Shown here in pieces: positions 33,126 to 43,281 of a stretch of 63,175 bases of DNA (position 1 is the first letter of the stretch; every line of letters starts with the position of its first letter). Below the pieces are notes generated by a model. It was not told where the DNA came from. It saw only the letters and a program-made list of their open reading frames with translations, and searched no databases. The DNA lies in assembly GCA_026388765.1 (NCBI GenBank), contig JAPLJC010000198.1, forward strand, positions 1 to 63,175. The letters are read 5' to 3'. The translations under genes and the position numbers were made by a program. This stretch comes from Deltaproteobacteria bacterium (GTDB taxonomy: Bacteria > Desulfobacterota > Desulfobaccia > Desulfobaccales > 0-14-0-80-60-11).

Positions 33126-34229
33126 ATGAGAGTCATGTATGATTTTCAGATATTCAATCGGATGGAATACGGAGGAATTTCCAGATATTTTTACGAATTG
33201 ACAAAATACTTATCAGCGAAGCAAATTTGTGAAGTAAAGATAATAGCACCTATATATATTAACAAATATATTAATAACCTCAATCACGACATAGTTTTTG
33301 GGAAATGCTTTCAAAATATTAAAAGAACCCATATAATTAGAAGATATATAAATACCTTAATAACTAAAATGTTACTGACGCGTCTTAATCCTGATATTAT
33401 ACATGAAACTTATTACGATTTCATCAAATTATCTCATAGGAAACCGAAAATAGTCACTACTCTTCATGATATGATCCACGAAAAATATGGCCAATATTTC
33501 TCGCCAAAGGATAATACGGCTTTTACTAAATCAAAAGCATTAAATAGGGCAGATCATATTATATGTGTTTCAGAAAATACTCGGAAAGATTTAATCGAAC
33601 TGACAAATATTCATCCTTCAAAAACATCAGTTGTCTATCACGGATCCTCCATCACCAAAAATGAGGGAGCAGCAGCTGGAAAGGTTTTTAGCCGGCCTTA
33701 TATCCTGTGGGTTGGCGGATATCGACACCTGGCCTATAAAAACTTTCAGCGATTGGTTCAAGCATATGCCACATCGAAACGTTTGGCCCGAGATTTTGAT
33801 CTTGTGTGCTTTGGTGGTAATGAATTTTCTTCCGATGAACTGGCATTAATCAACAGGTTTGGATTAACCTCAAATAAGGTCATACAAATTAATGGTAGCG
33901 ATGAGGCCTTATCCAACCTTTATTCGAATGCCGCCGCGTTTATTTTTCCGTCTCTTTATGAAGGTTTTGGCATTCCTTTATTGGAAGCCATGTCTTGTCA
34001 ATGTCCAATCGTTTGTAGCAATACGAGTTCTATGCCAGAAGTTGCTGAAAATGCCGCAGAATACTTCGATCCTTATTTGGTTGATAATATTATCGAGGCA
34101 ATGGAAAACGTTGTATATTCAGTGGAAAAATCAAATGATTTGATCTCTCGGGGATTAGTTCGGATTAAATACTTTTCATGGGAAAAATGTGCTCAGCAAA
34201 CATATGCGATTTATTCGTCTCTCCTGTGA
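33126..34229 (+). CDS. glycosyltransferase family 4
   Basis: 367 aa with C-terminal EX7E region FPSLYEGFGIPLLEAMSCQCPIVCSNTSSMPEVAENAAEYFDP. Confidence 0.88.
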   Translation: MRVMYDFQIFNRMEYGGISRYFYELTKYLSAKQICEVKIIAPIYINKYINNLNHDIVFGKCFQNIKRTHIIRRYINTLITKMLLTRLNPDIIHETYYDFIKLSHRKPKIVTTLHDMIHEKYGQYFSPKDNTAFTKSKALNRADHIICVSENTRKDLIELTNIHPSKTSVVYHGSSITKNEGAAAGKVFSRPYILWVGGYRHLAYKNFQRLVQAYATSKRLARDFDLVCFGGNEFSSDELALINRFGLTSNKVIQINGSDEALSNLYSNAAAFIFPSLYEGFGIPLLEAMSCQCPIVCSNTSSMPEVAENAAEYFDPYLVDNIIEAMENVVYSVEKSNDLISRGLVRIKYFSWEKCAQQTYAIYSSLL

Positions 34230-34416
34230 TCATCAATCCTTAGCACCATTGGGAATTATTGTGGTTCGCGAAGATATCTATCTACCGAACCAGCGCATGG
34301 ATCTTCAAATTATCGGTCACGGTTCTTATTTAGAAGACTTCCAGTGCGGAAGGGGTCTACTATAATTATTATGGCAGGCTCTGCGAATAAAAAGGTCTTC
34401 CTCTAAGGGGTAATTT

Positions 34417-35265
34417 ATGGAAACAAAATATTTTAAACTAATTAATGATATTATTGGGGAGTATAAAAATCGCCCCATTGACCTCTTAAATATTGGTGAT
34501 CAGGAAGGAGAAAATAATTATCTTAAGATGCAACGCAATTCCTACATAAGAAGTGTCAGTGACATCTGTGAATTATTCCCCGAGGAGTCTTTTAGAAAAA
34601 CCAGGATATTGGAAATCGGCTCATTCTTGGGGGTCCTTTCAATCGGTTTATCTCGCCTCGGATTTATTGTTTCTGCCTACGACATACCTGAGTTTAATAA
34701 TAATGAACGCCTTCGCCAGATGTTCATCGACAATGACGTAGATTTTGTCACGGGTAATCTGCGGGACTTGAAATTGCCCTTCGATGATAACTCGATTGAT
34801 TGCGTTATAATTTGTGAGACGTTAGAACATCTTAACTTTAATCCGCTGCCTGTCCTTTACGAAATCAACCGAATAACCAGGACTGGAGGCTTTATCTACG
34901 TTGGCATGCCTAACCAAGTACATATAAAGAACCGTATAAAAATGCTGGCAGGAAGATCGATCCACCAACCTGTTGAAGATTTTTTTCAACAGCTCGGTGG
35001 TAGTAGTGGTAACATGATCGTGGGCATCCACTGGCGGGAGTATACGCTTGCTGAAACCATAGAACTGCTTGAGACTATGGGATATAAGACAATCCGGAGG
35101 TTTTACTGGCAATCAATGGATGTTTATATGGAGGAGTACAGCGCAAAAACTCTGATTCAGCGCCTGATCTTCCAAATATCCAGTTTAAAGCCCTTTCTAG
35201 TTGCTATTGGCCGCAAGGAGAGGCGTCCACAATACGACTTCCGATTTACCGATGCGACCCGATGA
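34417..35265 (+). CDS. class I SAM-dependent methyltransferase
   Basis: RILEIGSFLGVLSIGLSRLG, DCVIICETLEHL. Confidence 0.8.
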   Translation: METKYFKLINDIIGEYKNRPIDLLNIGDQEGENNYLKMQRNSYIRSVSDICELFPEESFRKTRILEIGSFLGVLSIGLSRLGFIVSAYDIPEFNNNERLRQMFIDNDVDFVTGNLRDLKLPFDDNSIDCVIICETLEHLNFNPLPVLYEINRITRTGGFIYVGMPNQVHIKNRIKMLAGRSIHQPVEDFFQQLGGSSGNMIVGIHWREYTLAETIELLETMGYKTIRRFYWQSMDVYMEEYSAKTLIQRLIFQISSLKPFLVAIGRKERRPQYDFRFTDATR

Positions 35266-35420
35266 ACCGCAAGGCAGAAAGCTATCAAGGTGGAACCTGG
35301 ATGAGGCGCAAGGATTCTAACCCCCCCAATATGGATCGATATATGGTAGAAAAAAAAATAACTCCGGCATTTCAAAAAGGTTAAGATAAATGATGCGGAC
35401 CATCATTATGGACACCCATT

Positions 35421-36275
35421 ATGAATCAAACTGAACAAAAATTTCCTCTGATCTCGGTAATCACGATTTCCCTTAATACGGCGAGGTTCATTGAGCAGAC
35501 CATCCAGAGCGTCCTCTCCCAGACTTACCCTCAAATTGAATATATTTTAATCGATGGCGGGTCAACGGATGGGACTGTGGACATCATCCGCAAATATGAA
35601 TCACACCTGGCTTACTGGCATAGTAAGCCAGATCGCGGATTAGCCCATGCCTTTAATTTAGGCTTTGAACACTCTCATGGTGACTGGATAATTTATCTTA
35701 ATGCGGAGGATTTTTTTTTAGATAGCTCTGTGGTGGAAAAAATGGTGCCTCACATCATTGCTCATCCAGAGGCTAATCTAGTCTTCGGCGAAACATTTTT
35801 TATGACCGGCGAAAAGAATCCGAAACCTGCCCCGCTGCGTAAGATATTTGGGCGTCCATGGCGATGGAACGTTTTCCGCTTGAAAGATACGCTTCCCCAC
35901 CAGTCCTCTTTTACCAACCGAAAATATTTTGACAAGGTTGGTAAGTTTGATGAGTTTTACCGTATAGCTTGCGATTATGAGTTTTTCCTTCGAGGTGGTC
36001 AACAGCTGCGCCCAGTTTTCGTCCCACTAGCCATTAGCGGTATGCGACTCGGTGGCGCCTCTGGGAGAGATTACTTTCAGACTCTCAGTGAAAGCAGAAT
36101 AGCTCAACAAAATACTAATGCTTTGCCGCCAATATTGGCCTGGATAAACCTCTTTTGGCTATTATTTTATCGTCATATGGGCAAAATTGTCTTTAAGGTA
36201 TTAGGCCCTTTTGCTTCCAAAATCAAATGGCAGGGTAGATGTTCTGGCAAGAGATTATCTAACTTAATATATTAA
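35421..36275 (+). CDS. glycosyltransferase family 2
   Basis: ISVITISLNTARFIEQTIQSVLSQTYPQIEYILIDGGSTDGT, and LNAED. Confidence 0.88.
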   Translation: MNQTEQKFPLISVITISLNTARFIEQTIQSVLSQTYPQIEYILIDGGSTDGTVDIIRKYESHLAYWHSKPDRGLAHAFNLGFEHSHGDWIIYLNAEDFFLDSSVVEKMVPHIIAHPEANLVFGETFFMTGEKNPKPAPLRKIFGRPWRWNVFRLKDTLPHQSSFTNRKYFDKVGKFDEFYRIACDYEFFLRGGQQLRPVFVPLAISGMRLGGASGRDYFQTLSESRIAQQNTNALPPILAWINLFWLLFYRHMGKIVFKVLGPFASKIKWQGRCSGKRLSNLIY

Positions 36276-36407
36276 ATCAATAATGATAGCCTTTAATTTT
36301 ACTTCTGTAAGGCATATTAATCTTATATTTATTTATACTTGGAGCTTACTTATCCAATTAAAAGAAGAAGCATGAAGGTTACATGATAATTGTAATGATA
36401 TATAACA

Positions 36408-37712
36408 ATGAACATATTGCGTAAAAATAAGCTATTGTTATTTATTATTGTTTTATGCCTTTTCCTTATATCGTATAATAACATTATCAGGATTCCTGGG
36501 ATCGGTCAGACCTTAGATACACAAAGAGTTTTGCTGCTATTATTTGTTTTCACCTCTTTAATTATTACTAAATGCCACTTTAAGAAGGATATTTTAATAT
36601 TATATCTACTGCAGCTATTATTTCTCATATCAATCTTAGTACAATTATTAATATTATCTAATACCATAGGAATACATCAAATTATTGTCTTATTACAAAT
36701 AATTACGTTACTGTTATTCGCAGACCAATTGTATTATTTATTATCTATCAAATTCACAATGGTATACAAGACCATATTGTTTTCGGGGATTTTCCTTGTT
36801 TTATATCAAATTTTCCAACTATTAATGTATTTTGGTGGCTATTATAGCATTATATCAATTCTGAATGATCCTAAGACTGTGGAAGCAGCAAACTTTTTAA
36901 GAATTATTGGAGACTCATTGGGACCTGCTGGTTTTATGGCAGAATCAAGTCAAGTAGCCATGTTTATCGGTCCTTTATTTATGATATTACTGATTGCCAA
37001 TTATTATAAGCATTTCAAAAGTTCATTATTACAAAGGAGCATACTATTAATTGGTTTATTTTTAACCTTATCTGGTAGCGCAACTATTCAGATATTATTT
37101 ATTCTATTAACTTATTTATTTATTGATTTAATTAAGATCAAAGCACACAAAGATATATTATTGGCTGTATGTGTTAAATTAGTTTTATATTCTATTATAA
37201 TATTAATAACTGGTCTCATAATATACCATAATTATGGTTCGTATATTGACGCAATTTATTTTAAAATAACCTCTTTGTTAAAATTAGATACTCCCCGTAC
37301 TGAAGGGGCCAGAATGCTCTTGGAGAGGTTTTCCAAGAACATGCTATGGGGTGAAGGTTTCGGCAAATTTATTGAAACTGGAATTGAGTCTAACATTTTT
37401 TTGCCAACCTTATTATTTGAGCATGGGTTACTCGGGGGGGTTATGTTTTTAATATTATTTTTCTTTCCCATTCTATTTCGCTTCGCCAAATCGCCTTTTA
37501 AATTATACTTCATTCCTTTTATCGCTATGTTTGTTAACATTTTCTTTGCTATTGGGACTTATCGGTGGCCGCTCATCTGGATCATTTATACTTTTACTCT
37601 TTTTAGTCTTTCTCCCCAAATACCCTTAGGTACTCAGTATTTAGAAGATAATAGTAGGAGGGGTCCAGGGACTTGCCGGTTTCGTCATCTGATGCATCTG
37701 AAAAATACCTGA
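36408..37712 (+). CDS. wzy: Wzy-like polysaccharide polymerase (O-antigen ligase-like membrane protein)
   Basis: 434 aa, very AT-rich, at least 10 hydrophobic segments, large loop with RMLLERF...WGEGFG. Position and topology are typical of Wzy. Confidence 0.7.
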   Translation: MNILRKNKLLLFIIVLCLFLISYNNIIRIPGIGQTLDTQRVLLLLFVFTSLIITKCHFKKDILILYLLQLLFLISILVQLLILSNTIGIHQIIVLLQIITLLLFADQLYYLLSIKFTMVYKTILFSGIFLVLYQIFQLLMYFGGYYSIISILNDPKTVEAANFLRIIGDSLGPAGFMAESSQVAMFIGPLFMILLIANYYKHFKSSLLQRSILLIGLFLTLSGSATIQILFILLTYLFIDLIKIKAHKDILLAVCVKLVLYSIIILITGLIIYHNYGSYIDAIYFKITSLLKLDTPRTEGARMLLERFSKNMLWGEGFGKFIETGIESNIFLPTLLFEHGLLGGVMFLILFFFPILFRFAKSPFKLYFIPFIAMFVNIFFAIGTYRWPLIWIIYTFTLFSLSPQIPLGTQYLEDNSRRGPGTCRFRHLMHLKNT

Positions 37713-37911
37713 AGGGCCCTCCTGAAAGTCTATGAGAGATATTGAGTTCAGGAAGAAGTTAGTCCATCAGCGAATCTAGGATAAATATGGCTGCCTGGCT
37801 ATTACGATAAGGAAGAATTTCAAAAAGCTTGGGAAAAGGAGAGAGTTTTTCCCTTATTAAACTTTGGGCAGAGAGTTGTCAATAAAGGTAGTGGATTAGA
37901 GGTTACATAAA

Positions 37912-38457
37912 ATGCCAAAAAGCTTTAAAAAGTATATCACAGGATTATATTACTTGTTTGTGTTGATTTGTGGTAAAATACCTTCCCACTTCTTAAGGAA
38001 ACAGCTTTATAGATTACTTGGGTTAAGGATAGGGGAACATAGTACGATATATGGCGGAGCTGAGATCAGGCATGTGCATAGAGTTAAGATAGGAGACAAC
38101 TCAATAATTGGGCATAGTGCAATATTGGATGGAAGAGGCGGTTTAGAGATTGGCAACAATGTTAATTTTAGTAGTGGGGTTTGGATCTGGACAGTGCAAC
38201 ATGACAAAGATGATCCATATTTTGGAATAAAAAGCGGAAAGGTTATTATTGAAGACTATGCTTGGATAGCTTGTAGAGCAATTATATTGCCTGATGTAAC
38301 TATCGGTAAAGGAGCAGTGGTATGTGCTGGAGCAGTTGTGACAAAAAATGTAGAGCCATATTCTATTGTTGCCGGAATTCCTGCTAAGAAGATTGGTGAA
38401 AGAACATCTAACCTTCTTTATAATTTAGGGGATTTTGGTTATATACCGTTTTATTGA
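37912..38457 (+). CDS. hexapeptide-repeat O-acetyltransferase (WcaF/WbbJ-like)
   Basis: IGDNSIIGHSAILDGRGGLEIGNNVNFSSGVWIW, IGKGAVVCAGAVVTKNVEPYSIVAGIPAKKI. Confidence 0.85.
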   Translation: MPKSFKKYITGLYYLFVLICGKIPSHFLRKQLYRLLGLRIGEHSTIYGGAEIRHVHRVKIGDNSIIGHSAILDGRGGLEIGNNVNFSSGVWIWTVQHDKDDPYFGIKSGKVIIEDYAWIACRAIILPDVTIGKGAVVCAGAVVTKNVEPYSIVAGIPAKKIGERTSNLLYNLGDFGYIPFY

Positions 38458-38813
38458 ATCTTATTATGATTGATATATTGCATATGCCCTTTATGCTGGC
38501 AATGGAATATCTTGACTCGGACAGCGAATCATTAAATCGGCTTTATACTGATTGGACAATAAAATGCCGAAAATTAACTTTTTGCCAACTCCATCTGCAA
38601 CGCTAGGGTCACCAAAGCGGGCCCAGGTAGCCGCCGGGTTCTCTGAAGACCGGAAAATCTAGTCAAAGGCGCTCTAGACAGGAGATTTTGCCGATCGTAA
38701 TGCAGATTATTTTGTAGGAATAGTGTTAAAAAGGCTTATGGGGTCCAACTTTTTTCTAGTTGGTTGGCTAATCTAAATAAATCTTTCAGACTGCCGCCGC
38801 GCTAAAGGTCTCC

Positions 38814-39899
38814 TTGAAAAAAATATCCGTTGATTGCAGGATGCTATGGTCTTCTGGTATAGGGACATATTTACGCTCTGTCCTGGACCGGCTCCTTGCG
38901 TCAGAAAAATACCATTTTAATCTGATTGGTAAAGAAGCCGAGCTTCTTAATTGGCTCCAAAGAGACCGAAAATTTATATCAGTCATTAACTGCGATGCCC
39001 CTATATATGGAATTAAGGAGCAATGGAAATTATGGCGCAGCATACCAGCGAATTCTGATCTGTATTGGACTCCGCATTACGTTTTTCCTTTACTCTATGC
39101 CGGAAAGCTATTGGTGACTGTTTGTGATGTCGGACACCTCGCCATGGGTGAGTTTTTCAGTATGATCCCCCGTGCTTATGCGCGATTCATGTTTTATATG
39201 CTGGCAAAAAGGTCTCCCCAAATCATAGCAATTTCGCAATTTACTAAAAGCGAATTGGTGAAATATACAAAAATCCAGGCCTCAAATATTCAGGTTATCC
39301 ACCTTGGACATCCGGAAATTGCCAGCGATATATACCGTGAAGGGAGAAACGGTGGTTTTATATTATTCGTAGGGAATGTTAAGCCCAACAAAAACCTACG
39401 AAGAGTAGTTGAAGCACATCAAAAACTATATCCCTTAATCCGCCAGCCTTTAATTATTTTGGGAAAAAAAAGTGGATTTATAACAGGGGACTCTGAAGTT
39501 TCTAATCTTGTGCAACGACTTCCAAGAGAACAGGTTCTATTTACGGGTCTGGTTAGCGATCAAGAACTGACTGACTATTATCGTCGGGCCACCATGTTAG
39601 TTTTTGCCAGCCTATATGAGGGCTTTGGACTTCCTCCCCTTGAAGCCATGAGCTACGGGACTCCGGTACTGGCTTCCCGGGCCGCCTCTATCCCAGAGGT
39701 TTGCGGCGATGCGGCCCTTTATTGTGATCCTTATTCGATTGATGATATCGCGGCAAAAATGGAATTACTAGTGCGGGTTAAGAAGTTGCGACAAACCTTG
39801 ATTGAAAAGGGATATGAACGTATTAAATTATTCTCCTGGGAAAATTGTGCTTCCCGGCATTTGGATGTTATGAGGATGGTAATTGGCAATGATGATTGA
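38814..39899 (+). CDS. glycosyltransferase family 4
   Basis: 361 aa, TTG start, FASLYEGFGLPPLEAMSYGTPVLASRAASIPEVCGDAALYCDP. Confidence 0.88.
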   Translation: MKKISVDCRMLWSSGIGTYLRSVLDRLLASEKYHFNLIGKEAELLNWLQRDRKFISVINCDAPIYGIKEQWKLWRSIPANSDLYWTPHYVFPLLYAGKLLVTVCDVGHLAMGEFFSMIPRAYARFMFYMLAKRSPQIIAISQFTKSELVKYTKIQASNIQVIHLGHPEIASDIYREGRNGGFILFVGNVKPNKNLRRVVEAHQKLYPLIRQPLIILGKKSGFITGDSEVSNLVQRLPREQVLFTGLVSDQELTDYYRRATMLVFASLYEGFGLPPLEAMSYGTPVLASRAASIPEVCGDAALYCDPYSIDDIAAKMELLVRVKKLRQTLIEKGYERIKLFSWENCASRHLDVMRMVIGNDD

Positions 39900-40599
39900 T
39901 AGGTCTTTGGGTTATGGTCGCCATATTGTCCATGATTACCTCAAAAAATCGCTGCCTTTTAACAGTGTTCTAGATATCGGGGCAGGTAATGGCAGAGATT
40001 TATTAATGGCTCGTGGCGTTAATCGAAATGCTGAACTCCATGCCATAGAATATTCCGATTCATATATTGCCAATTTAAAAAAACATGATATTAACATCTA
40101 TCAAATAGATATCGAAAAAGAAAGGCTACCATTTGCTGATGAGAGTATGGATATCGTCATCGCTAACCAAATATTAGAGCATGTTAAGGAAATCTTTTGG
40201 ATTTTTAACGAAATCAGTAGAGTACTTACTGTTGGCGGTAGGTTAATAATTGGAGTTCCGAATTTGGCCTCATTACATAACCGTTTATTGTTATTGATTG
40301 GGTGCCAACCGACGTCTATTCAATTATATTCAGCACATATAAGAGGATTCACTATTTCCGGATTCGATAAATTTTTAAGCTATTGCTGGAAAGGAGGATA
40401 CGAGCGGATACAAGCCAAAGGGAGTAATTTCTATCCGTTCCCACCAATATTAGCAAGGCCATTGGCTGACTTTTTTCCCAGCCTCGCTTGGGGAATATTT
40501 ATGCTATCTAAGAAAAGTCGCCAATACAATGATGAGTTTTTAAAATATCCTCTAGAGAATTCCTTGGAGACGAACTTCTTTTTGGGTAAAGATTGGTAA
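39883..40599 (+). CDS. class I SAM-dependent methyltransferase
   Basis: VLDIGAGNGRDLL, DIVIANQILEHV, GGRLIIGVPN. It overlaps the preceding GT4 stop; the likely ATG is 39889. Confidence 0.8.
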   Translation: MAMMIDRSLGYGRHIVHDYLKKSLPFNSVLDIGAGNGRDLLMARGVNRNAELHAIEYSDSYIANLKKHDINIYQIDIEKERLPFADESMDIVIANQILEHVKEIFWIFNEISRVLTVGGRLIIGVPNLASLHNRLLLLIGCQPTSIQLYSAHIRGFTISGFDKFLSYCWKGGYERIQAKGSNFYPFPPILARPLADFFPSLAWGIFMLSKKSRQYNDEFLKYPLENSLETNFFLGKDW

Positions 40600-41022
40600 T
40601 CATTGTCTCAATGCTTAATAATTGGCTGACCGCCATTGTAAAGGTGAAATGGTTATGGATGCAATTACTAAGAAAGGTTTATTATATGTAAAAAAGTAAT
40701 TATATGCAGCTGGTTGTTGTAGTTAATTTACTTTATTCTGGTTTATTATTAGGAAATACCGCCCATTGATTAGTAATTATCTGAAATTATGTTAGTTTTG
40801 GCGCCATTCTGACGATTGAGTCTTATGAGGTGACTGTAGATGGTCACCCAGTTACGTTATATGAACTTATCGCTGCCGATGCTAATATTGCTAAGGACTA
40901 GCTGATAATAATTAACGCCTTGGTAAAAACTTATCAACAAAACTATTTGAAATAGGCACTTTCGACGAGGGAACTACATTAAATATAGTTTCCATTGCCT
41001 GAAGGTGATATAATGTACACTT

Positions 41023-42153
41023 ATGGCAAGACCTTATAAAGAACGAGGCAACAAATTATACCGTTTTTTGGACCGATATGTCGGGATTCCTCTTCTTTAT
41101 GTGGCAGCATTATGTCGTATTCGGATTCCATCAATCCCTCAAAAACCAAAAAGAATTGGGATTTTAAAGACCTCCTGCATCGGGGACACGGTTCTACTGG
41201 ATGCTATTTCAAGAGATCTGAGAGGTGCCTGGCCCCAAGCGAGACAGATTTTTTTTGCCGGGAGGGATAATAGTCGAATTGCTGACCTGCTGGAAGAAAT
41301 AGATGCGGTAATCGTCCTGCCCATGCATAGGCCTTGGGCGGCAGCCAAAAGGATTTATGAGGCCGGGACGTTTGATCTATGGTTGGATTTTAGCCAATGG
41401 GCCAGAATAGACGCCCTTCTCACGATGGTTGCAAGGGCCAAATATAAGGTAGGTTTTAAAACCCCTAAGCAATATAGACACTATGGATATGATATCAGCG
41501 TAGAACACCGGCATGACCTTCATGAAGTAGATAATTACCGCAATCTAGTAAATGTTTTGGGAGTCGGAGGTCAAGCGCTTCCGGTTCTAAGAGGAGATTC
41601 CCATTTAGAAGGGACTATTTCTAATCTCGGGGCCGATGTCCCTTACGTCGTCTTACATATGTTCCCCGGCGGTTCAAGGGCATATATGAAAGAGTGGCCT
41701 CGTGAGAACTGGCTGAAAGTAGCTCTTTTTTGCCTAAGCAGAGGATGGGCTGTGGTCCTAACGGGCGGTGGAGGTGATTATGAACGGGCCCAGGATTTCG
41801 CTAATGAATTGTGTAGCAAGGAAATGGTAGTTAATCTCGCCGGCTACTTGCCCTTGGAACAATTGCCATCTTTATTAGGGAAATCTAAATTGGTTGTTAG
41901 CATTGATACGGGGGTCATGCATATGGCCTCGGCCGTGGGGTCAAGGTTGATCGCCATCCATGGCCCAACCTCACCATTACGATGGGGCCCGCTGAACTCA
42001 AATGCAAAGGTGATAAGGATAGAAAATTTGACCTGTTCCCCATGCCTGCACCTGGGATTTGAATATTATTGTGATAGCAATTATTGTATGCAAAATATTT
42101 CTGCGGAAATTGTAATAGATGTAATAAAATCGAAATGTTCGGCTGAGTGCTAA
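41023..42153 (+). CDS. glycosyltransferase family 9 (heptosyltransferase-like)
   Basis: IGILKTSCIGDTVLLDAISRDLR, SIDTGVMHMASAVGSRLIAIHGPTSPLRWGP. Confidence 0.85.
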   Translation: MARPYKERGNKLYRFLDRYVGIPLLYVAALCRIRIPSIPQKPKRIGILKTSCIGDTVLLDAISRDLRGAWPQARQIFFAGRDNSRIADLLEEIDAVIVLPMHRPWAAAKRIYEAGTFDLWLDFSQWARIDALLTMVARAKYKVGFKTPKQYRHYGYDISVEHRHDLHEVDNYRNLVNVLGVGGQALPVLRGDSHLEGTISNLGADVPYVVLHMFPGGSRAYMKEWPRENWLKVALFCLSRGWAVVLTGGGGDYERAQDFANELCSKEMVVNLAGYLPLEQLPSLLGKSKLVVSIDTGVMHMASAVGSRLIAIHGPTSPLRWGPLNSNAKVIRIENLTCSPCLHLGFEYYCDSNYCMQNISAEIVIDVIKSKCSAEC

Positions 42154-42327
42154 ATTGCCTCAGTATTTAATTTATGTCTGACCAAGTCGACTGATAGATA
42201 CCCGGTCCACTTTCGGGGCCTGATCGGCAGGGTTTGAGGCAACCAGGCAGCTGCCAAATAATGAACTCCGCAAGGATATCCAGTTCTGTTATGGTTAGTG
42301 ACCGCGCCTTAGCTTTTGGTGTTTTCT

Positions 42328-42803
42328 TTAAGCCGTTACCGGATCCACAGCTTGGCCGATGGTCCAGATAAAGGCGGTGAGTTCCCGGGCGTGGCGGTGA
42401 CAATGATTTGTTTGGCCTTGCCCCGGGCCAGGGTGAGTCGATACCGGGCGCACAGGCTCAGTTGCGCCTTCCATGCGAGCGGCCAGATGCTCTCGGGCAA
42501 GCCCTCTTAGCGCTTGAGCAAGTGTCGAGTAACCCGGGCTCGCAAGCGGTAGGCCCGGACCGCCTCCACCAAGACCCGGCGGGCATGACTGTCGCGGGCT
42601 TTGGTTATCTGGCCCCGGCGCACCGAAGGGCCGCTGGAGTGTTCGGAAGGCACCAGCGCCGGGTCACTTTGTGCAGGGCCTCCAGGTTTCCACCGATGCG
42701 GCCGTAATCCCTAGTCTCCCCCGCGGTCCCGGGTTCGGAGATGGATAGATTCACGGACATCTTCTGGACATCCAACCCCACATACAGTATAGTTTTTATT
42801 CAT
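42328..42803 (-). pseudogene. IS110-family transposase remnant (frameshifted, internally deleted)
   Basis: Minus-strand fragments in three frames. N-terminus: KTILYVGLDVQKMSVNLSISEPGTAGETRDYGRIGGNLEALHKVTRR. Then HARRVLVEAVRAYRLRARV. Then SIWPLAWKAQLSLCARYRLTLARGKAKQIIVTATARELTAFIWTIGQAV-stop. The catalytic middle is missing. GC-rich relative to its neighbours. Confidence 0.75.
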
Positions 42804-43281
42804 GGCTTGCCTCCTTGGTTGTGGTTCTATACTGTTAGTCTTATCGGCTCACAGGTTAACCCTCGTTGCAAGGTTCGCAGGCTTTAACTTTCATTCATTA
42901 TATCTAGATGATCAGGCAGTTCTAAGTTTTGGTGAAGAAGTGAAGCGATCCGACAAGGGGCTGAAAAATCGGAGTGAAATACTTTGCCGTGCTCGGATAT
43001 GGTTTTCTCAGGTTTCCCACTTTTCATATATGGATTCCCATCGCCGGGTGGGAATAATCTGAGGGTCCATAGGCCGCAACCTCCTAATATTGGTACTTTT
43101 AGCAAAGCGTGTTAATTTTTTAAAAAATTGAGGGAAATTGACTATACCTAATAAATATAATATCAAATAGGAAGATGGGTGCCCGAGGAGAGCGGCGTTT
43201 AAGGTTTAAATTCCATGAAGGAGGGCCAGACCATCAATTTAGGACATTCCCAGTCAAGTTTGCTGATAATTTGGGATTTCC

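Noticed and set aside
38458-41022. Possible small genes or gene fragments in the long AT-rich gaps 38458-38813 and 40600-41022 (for example a 46-aa ORF MIDILHMPFMLAMEYLDSDSESL...).
   Set aside because: No SD, no recognisable motifs and very short. They could be decayed remnants, but I cannot support any call from sequence alone.
42802-43105. ORFs 42802-43062 (+) and 42884-43105 (-) next to the IS remnant.
   Set aside because: They are short, mutually overlapping, without family resemblance or a convincing SD. They are probably spurious ORFs in rearranged spacer DNA.
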